From contig NIVC01001446.1 of the NCBI GenBank assembly GCA_002269645.1, forward strand, positions 62,001-126,000: DNA of 64,000 nucleotides, given 5' to 3'. The stretch comes from Macrostomum lignano (lineage: Eukaryota). This document shows, in pieces, positions 51,601-64,000 of the stretch. A model generated the notes under the pieces. The model searched no databases. It was not told the origin of the DNA and was given only the letters and a program-made list of their open reading frames with translations. Numbering within the stretch: the stretch's first letter is position 1; every line of letters begins with the position of its first letter. A program made the translations under genes and the position numbers.

Positions 51601-54600
51601 ATGGCAGTTCAGATCCCACTGTGAGAGTTCAGATCCCACTCTGACAGTTCAGATCCCATTCTGACAGTTCAGATCCCACTATGGCAGTTCAGATCCCACT
51701 GTGAGAGTTCAGATCCCATTCTGACTGTTCAGATCCCACTCTGGCAGTTCAGATCCCACTCTGACAGTTCAGATCCCATTCTGGCTGTTCAGATCCCATT
51801 CTGGCTGTTCAGATCCCACTCTGATTTGATAAAGGACATCTGCATTACACAAAAGTGCGCGTGCGCCCAGCCAAGTGCAGAAATTGAGCCCCGCTGCCAG
51901 TGGGCAATTTTTAACTCAGAGCGGAGCAGCAGCAAATCTTCCAAGCTTTCAAGTAGGGATCTGCCTATCTTATCCCCTAACAGTCTTAATATCTCCCAGC
52001 TGAGCCGGATCGGATATCCCAACACACTTCCCATTGTTGCCGCGCAGTCCCGGCGTGGCTTGAGCAGCAGGTGGTTTGCCGAATTGCCTGCGAACGCCTC
52101 CGCACTGCTGGGAGGAGCTCAAACGGGGAGAGGGGCTGCGGCTGCCCGGGAACTGAGCTGCCATTGCCGAGGGCGAGGAAACTCCACGGGTGGAGAATGT
52201 TACCCCCCCCCCTGATTGGCGTGTAATTGCCGTAGCAAGGACCACTGCCCGTCTCAGCTAGATCTGCACTTACACTCAGCTAGATCTGCACTTACACTCA
52301 GCTAGATCTGCACTTACACTCAGCTAGATCTGCACTTACACTCAGCTAGATCTGCACTTACACTCAGCTAGATCTGCACTTACACTCAGCTAGATCTGCA
52401 CTTACACTCAGCTAGATCTGCACTTACACTCAGCTAGATCTGCACTTACACTCAGCTAGATCTGCACTTACACTCAGCTAGATCTGCACTTACACTCAGC
52501 TAGATCTGCACTTACACTCAGCTAGATCTGCACCACAGCTCGACCACAGCACCCCCAGCTAGACCACAGCACCCCCAGCTAGACCACAGCACCCCCAGCT
52601 AGACCACAGCACCCCCAGCTAGACCACAGCACCCCCAGCTAGACCACAGCACCCCCAGCTAGACCACAGCACCCCCAGCTAGACCACAGCACCCCCTAGC
52701 TCGACCACAGCACCCCCAGCTAGACCACAGCACCCCAGCTAGACCACAGCACCCCCAGCTAGACCACAGCACCCCCAGCTAGACCACAGCACCCCCAGCT
52801 AGACCACAGCACCCCCAGCTAGACCACAGCACCCCAGCTAGACCACAGCACCCCCAGCTAGACCACAGCACCCCCAGCTAGACCACAGCACCCCCAGCTA
52901 GACCACAGCACCCCCAGCTAGACCACAGCACCCCCAGCTAGACCACAGCACCCCCAGCTAGACCACAGCACCCCCAGCTAGACCACAGCACCCCCAGCTA
53001 GACCACAGCACCCCAGCTAGACCACAGCACCCCCAGCTAGACCACAGCACCCCCAGCTAGACCACAGCCAGCCTCTCACTGTCAGCCGCCGCAGCCGTCG
53101 GGGCCCTCAGCTGTGCCGCAGACACGAACCGGTACACCAGCCGCAGGCCCCGGTGCCTGATGACCTCGTCGGAGCGGAAGCGCAGCCACAGGAAGCGGCC
53201 TGACGAGCGGAGCAGCCGGTCAGGTGAGGCGCGCCCGTGTCGGGTCGGCGGCCACTCGCCGCACAGCCGGCCGTCGTTGCCATCCGGCAGGCCCCTAAGC
53301 GGCGGCGAATAGCCGAACGGGCCGTCCCGGATTTCCAGATAGTCGTTGAGGCATTCGCTGCTCCGCTCGATTAGGAAGCTGGACAGTTTGAAGTCCAGCT
53401 CAATGCGCTGCCCCACCCAGCCTGTGCGAGACGTTCGGGGATTCGTTAGGAGGACGCTTAAGGGGGTCAGTAGCATGGTTGCTGAGGGGGTCAGTAGGGG
53501 GTCATTAGGGGGTCATTGTGAGTGTCATTAAAAGTGTTATTATAGGGTAATTATAATGTAATCATGGGGTCATTGTGAGTTGTCATTGTGGGTGTTATTA
53601 TGAGTGTCATTATAGGGTCATCGTGGAGTCTTAATGGGGGCATTATGGGGTCATTATGGGGTCTTTATGGGGTTATTGTGGGGTCATTATGAGTATCATT
53701 ATGGATGTTATTATGGGTGTTTTTATGGGTGCCATTATGGGGTCATTATGGGGTCATTATGGGGTCATTATGGGTCATTATGGGGTCATCATCGGGTCAT
53801 TATGGGGTCATTATGGGGTCATTGGGTCATTATGGGGTCATTAGGTGCTTAATTAGAGCTGTTGTAAGGATAAGCTACCAGGCTACTCATGGGAGTCATA
53901 CTTATCTGTGGGGGTCATGTATCGATAGTAATTAGGCTGCCACTTGGGATTAAACTTAAAATCGAATTAGTTCAACAATGTCGCGACTGACCTTGGATGA
54001 CCTTGATGCAGTCGGTGTTGTTGGGATATTGTGCCGGATAGAAGGGGCTGGTGAAGCAGAAGGAGTCATCGCGCCAGCCCTGGCTGCCAATGAACTCTGT
54101 GCAGACCTGCGGCTGCTGCGGCAGGACTCCTGCGGCAGGAGATTTGTCTTCTATTAGACGGAAATTAATTGCTTAATTCATTTTTTTCGAGTCGCTTCAC
54201 GAGGCTTCGGTGGGGGGGGCATCAAAAACCTGAAAAATCACAACTCCGAAAGTTTTAGCAATGTCCAACACTATTTTGGTTTTCGGGTTTATGATATTTC
54301 GGGTTTGTGATATTTCGGGTTTGTGATATTTCGGGTTTGTGATATTTCGGGTTTGTGATATTTCGGGTTTGTGATATTTCGGGTTTGTGATATTTCGGGT
54401 TTGTGATATTTCGGGGTTTGTGATATTTCGGGTTTGTGATATTTCGGGTTTGTGATATTTCGGGTTTGTGATATTTCGGGTTTGTGATGGCGACCCCTTG
54501 GTTGGATACTTGTAGAAAACTCACCGCTGATGGCGGCCTCCTGCACTGTTGTCATGGCAACCGACAGCAGCGCAACAACTGTTGAGGAGGTTAAACAGAT

Positions 54601-54678
54601 CTGTGGCTCAGTGTGTAAAATTGAAGGTTGAGAAACTCTGCAATATTTCTGCTTACCGAGCAGGCCGAGGGCTGTCAT
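45675..54678 (-). CDS. NETO: Neuropilin- and tolloid-like (Neto/SOL-2) protein: signal peptide, CUB, CUB, LDLa, TM, cytoplasmic tail
   Basis: Exons 54678-54657, 54578-54525, 54129-53992, 53421-53080, (possible small exon ~52258-52203), 50795-50650, 50327-50087, 48321-48178, 46207-45675; phases are consistent. [54 protein letters not shown], LDLa [56 protein letters not shown] followed by RRIRRHRRR. Confidence 0.9.
46310..46600. repeat. 34-bp minisatellite containing a CTCAGA-ATG-TCTGAG hairpin, Neto intron
   Basis: Direct reading; ~8 copies. Confidence 0.93.
47172..47650. repeat. 34-bp near-perfect minisatellite (AATTCGGTCTAGCATGCATTTTTCTAAGAAATTA), ~14 copies
   Basis: Direct reading. Confidence 0.97.
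48445..48855. repeat. 20-bp minisatellite (TCACATGTGACACAAGTCCT-type)
   Basis: Direct reading; contains palindromic TCACATGTGA / CACGTG. Confidence 0.95.
49500..50075. repeat. ~20-21-bp C/A/T-rich minisatellite (CCAATTCCCCAATCCCATTT)
   Basis: Direct reading; adjacent to the donor at 50086. Confidence 0.9.
50410..50640. repeat. 30-bp minisatellite (CATGAGAACAGAACCTCATGAGCAAGACTG) immediately after a donor
   Basis: Direct reading. Confidence 0.95.
50876..51825. repeat. 20-bp minisatellite (TTCAGATCCCACTCTGACAG variants), ~47 copies
   Basis: Direct reading. Confidence 0.97.
52255..53068. repeat. Two abutting minisatellites: 22-bp (CAGCTAGATCTGCACTTACACT) and 20-bp (AGCTAGACCACAGCACCCCC)
   Basis: Direct reading; they share AGCTAGA and switch at ~52530. 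Confidence 0.97.
54255..54490. repeat. 16-bp minisatellite (TTTCGGGTTTGTGATA), Neto intron 2
   Basis: Direct reading. Confidence 0.96.
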
Positions 54679-56883
54679 CTGAGCATCCGCAGTCTCAGTC
54701 ACTCTGCACTTGCAGACAAAGTCAGGCAAAGCTAGGGATTAAAATTGATCGGCTGGCTTTTGAGTTCGGCAACTCATCGTTGAGGGTTTAGTTGGGATTT
54801 CACCCGCTGTGTCCCCTGAGCAATGGCTGGGATTAATAATGTGGGGATCCTCAGAAAACCTGGAGCTCACTGCCCGAAGCCAGATATATTTAAAATTATT
54901 TGTGGGAATTCTGTCCCAGCCTTCCCATTGGAGGAATTTGCCTGTAGCAGCGCTGGAAATGCGTACGCAGCTACCCAATCAGCTGATGCGGTGAAATTAT
55001 GCAAATTAAGCATGCGCTCGGAATACTTGCTGAGCTCTGGGTGCCTTTGATTGCAGATCTTATGAATACAATGCTTTGTCCACTGATGCTTTGCAGCCTT
55101 GATTCATTATTAGCACCATTGAGAAATGAAAGATTACATAGAGCTTTTGTTAAATATTTGCTATAGATCTCACTGGAGACATAGGGAGATTAGATACAGA
55201 TCTCACTGGAGATTTGAGACATAGAGAGATTAGATATATATCTTACTGGAGATTTGAGACATAGGTAGATTAGATATAGATCTTACTGGAGATTTGAGAC
55301 ATAGGTAGATTAGATACAGATCTCACTGGAGATTTGAGACAGGGAGATTAGATTCAGATCCCATTGGAGACGTAGAGAGATTATATATAGATCTCATTGG
55401 AGAGTTGAGACATTAGGGAGAATAGATATAGATCCCACTAGAGATTTGAGATAAAGAGAGATTTGATATTGAGCTCACTGGAGATTTGACACATAGGTAG
55501 ATTGGATATAGATCTCACTGGGGATTTCAAACATAGGGAGATTAGAAATTGAGCTCCCTGGAGATCTGAGATACAGGGAGATAAGATATAGATATCGTGA
55601 GAGATTTGGGAGGCGAAATATCCGAAGTATTGACGTCAGAATAAAAAACGCTGAAATGATTATTTATTCATGTCTAGTTCAGTTACTGTCAGTAGTGCAG
55701 GGCGCGTGTGCTTCCTGCAAATCTACTTCAGAGCTTTTATAACAGCAGAGTGCACAGGCTTGGGGAAGAAAAGCTGATCAGGTCAGTTGCAGAAGGATTC
55801 GAACTGCTCAGAGCTCGAGCAGGCCAGACAAAAAAGCGAGGAAAGGAAGGACAGCGTGGAAGTCCTCTGCCGAACGTCAGAAGGAGGGATTCTTTCCCCC
55901 AGCTCTTGCCTATGAAGAAAGCGGAGTTGAGAAGACTGTCTGTACTCATCTTCACTCCTTGCCCGAGTTCCTTGACTGGAGGATCATTGGGGTGATTGGG
56001 GGTCAGGCTTCCGGGATGGAGGGCGAGGGTTTGCACTGGCTGTGCATTGAGGACGAGAGAGCTTTCGAGCAAGGACATCTAATAGATAATGACTGGACTG
56101 GATGTGAGCGGAAGCTGTAATAATGGCTTTCCAATCCAGAGGATCGGTTATTAAACGTCCCGGACTGCGTCCGAGGCCCCCTCTGGCCCCTGTACTCAGG
56201 AGATGTACACTCAGGGGCTTGGGAGAAGGAATTGGGGAAGGCTTCTTTCTTTAAAACTCGAGGGGAGAAGGGGCGTTGAGGCGGGCTGTACAGAGTGGGG
56301 GGGGGGTAAGAGAGGCTGCGTCACAACAGGGAGGGGGAGAAGAGGGAAGAAGGGAGGCCGGGAAACGGCGAAGTCACTAAAAGCCGGCGGCTGTCTCTTC
56401 TGCTCCCAGCAATCTCTCACCGAGGGGAAATCCAGCTCAACAGACGAAGCCAAGCAGAAGGAATCTCGAACCAGCTCTAAATAAAGGTGAGACCAGCTTC
56501 TCTGGAAAATAAATTCGATGAAGTTTTATAAACCGGAATAAGTTCATACTTAGGAATTCGGTATTGAATTCGAGTTTGCAATTGAATATAGGAATCTTCA
56601 GTAGCAAACTGAGCATTGCTGTCCGGAATCTTAGAACCTGAGTTTGAGCATTCGGCCTCGCTGTCTACTCGGCCTCGCTGCTGAATCAGTGTTTCTGCAG
56701 CTGGACCCCCTGCTGCCACAGCCTCTAGCAGTCAAGCAGGGAGAGCAGTGAAAGGGCTGACTGGCATCTACCGATTTCTGCGTTACATTCCAGACTAGCC
56801 TACTGTCAGTAGCAGCATTGGCGCAGCTGTCAATAAAAAATCCAATATCCCCCACCCAACCCTTCTCGACAGTTCGGCCGAAA

Positions 56884-57084
56884 ATGTCGTCCATCGCCCA
56901 GCAGAAGAAGATTGTTGAGCAGCTGCGGGCCGAGGCCAGCATGGCCCGGAAGCCGGTGTCCGAGTGCGTCAAGGACATGATCCAGTTCATGGACAGCAAC
57001 AAGGACAAGGACTGCCTGGTGTCCGGTTTCCAGTCCAAGAAGGACAATCCGTTCCAAGAGAAGGGCGGCTGCTCGGTGCTGTAG
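56884..57084 (+). CDS. GNG: Heterotrimeric G-protein gamma subunit, 66 aa, CDS without introns
   Basis: MSSIAQQKKIVEQLRAEASMARKPVSECVKDMIQFMDSNKDKDCLVSGFQSKKDNPFQEKGGCSVL*: GGL domain with NPF and a CaaX box (CSVL); acceptor ttctcgacag just upstream. Confidence 0.95.
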   Translation: MSSIAQQKKIVEQLRAEASMARKPVSECVKDMIQFMDSNKDKDCLVSGFQSKKDNPFQEKGGCSVL

Positions 57085-57904
57085 GGCCAGGACGGGACAA
57101 GGAGGGGGGGCAACTGACCCCTTGGACTCCAGGTACTCCTAGTGATAGCACCGGTGGACTGGAAAGGGGGTTTGGTAAAAACGCTTACGAATTCAAAATT
57201 CAGCACCAGATTCTGGCTTCCAGTCCATTGGCCCTATATCTAGAAGTCCTTGCCTTAAAGTCCCTTTTATCTGGCAGACAATTAAATATTTCCCCGTTGT
57301 GTTTCAAAAGTTCAATCGTCCAGTTCTACTCATGCACAGTAGTAGTGCAGGTTTTTTTACTTAGTCCTGTCGGTTATACATGTAGCGCTGTAGGCTATAA
57401 TTAGCAATGACGTCACCCCAAATTTTGTCTGTCTACCCTAGCCGTGTCTTTGTAGCTGGCACACCGTGACTTCACTTGACTTCCCTTTTTGGGTTCTGCA
57501 CGCCGCACGATCAGAAAAGTGACTGTGTCGCTGTCAATAAAACAATATAAATGATCAGCTGTTGAGAGCGTGAATTTTCGTCCAGAAATCGTTGTGAGCT
57601 TTTGAAATGAAGGACGGCTGTGACTCATCGTTTTTCAGTGGTTTAGTGCTCGGCAATAGGATTTTAATGATATGAAAAATATGTCTTACGGTCTTTCGAA
57701 ATAGGTGCATCGGTTCTTCATATAATTATGGCTCAATTAGGAAAATAAGCGAACACATTAATATCACTTTATAACACATGAATGAAACATTAATAACACG
57801 CTATTAGCACATACTGCTCTGTGTTAAGCAAACTTTCTTCCCACTGTGTCTGCGTCTTACACCACTGTCAAACTCTGCTTTGTCTGCGTCAGCTCTCCTT
57901 TACC

Positions 57905-58930
57905 TGCGTCAGACTCTCTTCCGCCTCTGTCAGCCATTCTGTTGTCTGTATCCGACTCTCTTCAGACACTGTGTCAGAATCTCTTCAGACAGTCTGAGTC
58001 TCCTCAGACACTGTAGGACTCTCCTCAGACACTGTGTCAGACTCTCTTCAGACACTGCGTCAGACTCTCTTCAGACATTGTCAGACTCTCCTCAGACACT
58101 GTGTCAGACTCTCCTTAGACACTGCGTCAGACTCTCTTCAGACACTGCGTCAGACTCTCCTCAGACACTGCGTCAGACTCTCTTCAGACATTGTCAGACT
58201 CTCCTCAGACACTGTGTCAGACTCTCCTTAGACACTGTGTCAGACTCTCTTCAGACACTGCGTCAGACTCTCTTCAGACACTGCGTCAGACTCTCTTCAG
58301 ACATTGTCAGACTCTCCTCAGACACTGTGTCAGACTCTCCTTAGACACTGCGTCAGACTCTCTTCAGACACTGCGTCAGACTCTCCTCAGACACTGCGTC
58401 AGACTCTCTTCAGACATTGTCAGACTCTCCTCAGACACTGTGTCAGACTCTCCTTAGACACTGTGTCAGACTCTCTTCAGACACTGCGTCAGACTCTCTT
58501 CAGACACTGCGTCAGACTCTCTTCAGACACTGCGTCAGACTCTCTTCAGACATTGTCAGACTCTCCTCAGACACTGTGTCAGACTCTCCTTAGACACTGT
58601 GTCAGACTCTCTTCAGACACTGTGTCAGACTCTCTTCAGACACTGCGTCAGACTCTCTTCAGACACTGCGTCAGACTCTCTTCAGACACTGCGTCAGACT
58701 CTCTTCAGACATTGTCAGACTCTCTTCAGACACTGTCAGACTCTCTTCAGACACTGTCAGACTCTTCAGACACTGTCAGACTCTCTTCAGACACTGTCAG
58801 ACTCTCTTCAGACACTGTCAGACTCTCTTCAGACATTGTCAGACTCTCTTCAGACATTGTCAGACTCTCTTCAGACACTGTCAGACTCTCTTCAGACATT
58901 GTCAGACTCTCTTCAGACACTGTCAGACTC
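57905..58930. repeat. 19-23-bp minisatellite (CAGACTCTCTTCAGACACTG(CGT))
   Basis: Direct reading; begins just beyond the HS3ST stop codon. Confidence 0.95.
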
Positions 58931-58947
58931 TTCAACCAGCCGTCACA

Positions 58948-60522
<1,575 letters not shown>

Positions 60523-60954
60523 AGCCGAACTTCATCAGCAGCACTAATTCAAGGATTAATGATGCTGAGTGAGACAAGAAAGGAAGATATGCTCGTTTTT
60601 GTAGCGATTAGAAAGGGAAATGGCGGTCGAGACTCTTCTTGGGTCGATGCATCAGCAAGTTGGGAGGGGAGATGACAGAGCCAATCAGTCAGTCAGTGCT
60701 GCTGCACAAATTTTCTGTTGCCAAGGAATTTCTAGCGGCTGACTTGGCCTAACGAGCTGTCCGCTTCAGCACAGAATGCGGTCTGACTTGATCTGGGCTT
60801 GGGCTGGCACTCCTGGGTGGGGGAGAGCTGAAGTGTAACTGAAATGGGGCCTGAAGAGGGGCTGAATGTTAGCTGAAGGGACACTGAAAGGGGAACTAAA
60901 GGGAGACCTGACGTTGGACACGAAGACGACCTGAAGCTAGGGGACCTGAAAAGG

Positions 60955-62200
60955 ATCTGAAGGGAGACCTGAAAGGAGACCTGAAGGGAAGACCTGAAGG
61001 GAGACCTGAAGGGAGACCTGAAGGGAGACCTGAAGGGAGACCTGAAGGGAGACCTGAAGGGATACCTGAAGGGAGACCTGAAGGGAGACCTGAAGGGAGA
61101 CCTGAAGGGAGACCTGAAGGGAGACCTGAAGGGAGACCTGAAGGGAGACCTGAAAGGAGACCTGAAAGGAGACCTGAAGGGAGACCTGAAGGGAGACCTG
61201 AAGGGAGACCTGAAGGGAGACCTGAAAGGAGACCTGAAGGGAGACCTGAAGGGAGACCTGAAGGGAGACCTGAATGGAGACCTGAAGGGATACCTGAAGA
61301 GAACCTGAAGAGTACCTGAAGGGAGACCTGAATGGAGACCTGAAGGGAGACCTGAATGGAGACCTGAAGGGAGACCTGAAGGGAGACCTGAAGGGAGACC
61401 TGAAGGGAGACCTGAAGGGAGACCTGAAGGGAGACCTGAAGGGAGACCTGAATGGAGACCTGAAGGGATACCTGAAGAGAACCTGAAGAGTACCTGAAGG
61501 GAGACCTGAATGGAGACCTGAAGGGAGACCTGAAGGGAGACCTGAAGGGAGACCTGAAGGGAGACCTGAAGGGAGACCTGAAAGGAGACCTGAAGGGATA
61601 CCTGAAGAGAACCTGAAGAGTACCTGAAGGGAGACCTGAATGGAGACCTGAAGGGAGACCTGAAGAGAACCTGAAGAGTACCTGAAGGGAGACCTGAATG
61701 GAGACCCGAAGGGATACCTGAAGAGAACCTGAAGAGTACCTGAAGGGAGACCTGAATGGAGACCTGAAGGGAGACCTGAAGGGAGACCTGAAGGGAGACC
61801 TGAATGGAGACCTAAAGGGATACCTGAAGGGAGACCTGAAGGGAGACCTGAAGGGAGACCTAAATGGAGACCTGAAGGGAGACCTAAATGGAGACCTGAA
61901 GGGAGACCTGAAGGGAGACCTGAAGGGAGACCTGAATGGAGACCTGAAGGGAGACCTGAAGAGAACCTGATGAAGAGTACCTGAAGGGAGACCTGAATGG
62001 AGACCTGAAGGGAGACCTGAAGGGAGACCTGAAGGGAGACCTGAAGAGAACCTGATGAAGAGTACCTGAAGGGAGACCTGAAGGGAGACCTGAAGGGAGA
62101 CCTGAAGGGAGACCTGAATGGAGACCTGAAGGGAGACCTGAAGAGAATCTGATGAAGAGTACCTGAAGGAAGACCTGAAGGGAGATCCGAAGGGAGACTC
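60955..62200. repeat. 12-bp minisatellite (GAGACCTGAAGG) with variant blocks
   Basis: Direct reading. Confidence 0.97.
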
Positions 62201-63004
62201 TAAGGCCGAAGGGTGACCTTAAGAGGGACCTGAAGGAGGACCTGAGAGAGATCTGAAGGGAAATCTAAGTGGGAACCTGAAGGAAGCCACAGACTCCTGA
62301 AGTATCAGAAACAGGCAACTTCTTAGCAATTAAATCAGCTTCGAACAGAATAAAAATTCTCACCAAAGCAGAATGCAGAGCGAGTTCATTTTTACACCTG
62401 CATGAATTCGAAGAAATCCCGAGAAATCAAAGTATTTTTAGAAACTGTGCTTTATCGCAGGGATAAATAGCGAAGGTTCGCTCTGAAGGATGGGGAATAT
62501 TATATATGAAGCTGGGGATCTGCAAGTTGCCCACTGGTTGGCTGGGGCGCTCCAACCGAAGTCCCTCCATTGAGAGTCCAATCAGCAACTGGAGGCTTTT
62601 TTGAGTTCGAAATAAAATATAAGCCGAATTGATTTGGGATATTGGGATAAAAATGGGAGGTAAAGTAAATTGGGATGTTGGAAAATGCCCACACGGTTGG
62701 GACTTGTCGAGGGCCAGAAATCCCGCGGCTTCAGGCATGGGAAATCAGCGCTGCATTGTACTTGTCCCCCAGCTGCCGCCGTGGGAATTCCGGCTGGAGA
62801 AGCTGCCTTCTTATCTTCCTCAAGCTCCTTTGAGGAGCTTGTCGTGCCTGAGCTGTCAGGGAGTACTGGATGGAGAGTCTGGATGGCCACGGAGCTCTGG
62901 CTGCGATAATTTCTCTAAATTCCCCATTTACACACAGAAGATGTACATTAAGATAGAAGATAGATATATTAGAAGACATAGATTAGATTAGATTAGAATG
63001 AAAT

Positions 63005-63825
<821 letters not shown>

Positions 63826-64000
63826 CTTGCCAGTCCAGATGTTTAACCTGAGTAGTCCATGTCCCGGCCTTACCGTCTCGCCTTTAGCACTCCCGACTCT
63901 CTCAATAGAAACTCATTCTTGTAGATGAACGCTTGGCTTGTTTCTCAAGATTTTCACGGCGCGACTGGTGCAGAATCGGTCCGAAGGAAGGAAGGCACGC

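Overview
Eukaryotic, intron-rich genomic DNA with GC-rich exons separated by introns that are largely filled with tandem repeats. This style suggests a flatworm such as Macrostomum lignano; that is an inference, not a database result. By manually splicing exons (GT-AG boundaries, reading-frame phases checked) I can support 11 protein-coding loci: (1) the last exon of Cdc42 (601-693,+); (2) a 3-exon class A peptide-type GPCR (-); (3) a 4-exon calpain-like protein with the whole catalytic triad replaced (+); (4) an allatostatin-C/somatostatin-like neuropeptide precursor absent from the ORF track (+); (5) a 6-exon uncharacterised gene (-); (6) an MGC-PDZ-PH protein (-); (7,8) two tandem AK1-type adenylate kinases, one canonical and one motif-degenerate with a basic repeat tail (-); (9) a Neto-like CUB-CUB-LDLa-TM protein (-); (10) a G-protein gamma subunit (+); (11) a heparan sulfate 3-O-sulfotransferase (-). 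There are two tRNA-derived SINE families (one CORE-like), a foldback-like inverted repeat, two degenerate telomere-like tracts and more than 35 micro/minisatellites. Most long ORFs in the supplied track are artefacts of these repeats. No CRISPR array, rRNA or intact tRNA gene was seen. The most interesting observations are the hidden AstC-like precursor, the intron arrays built from splice-site sequence, the dead calpain and the degenerate adenylate kinase paralog.
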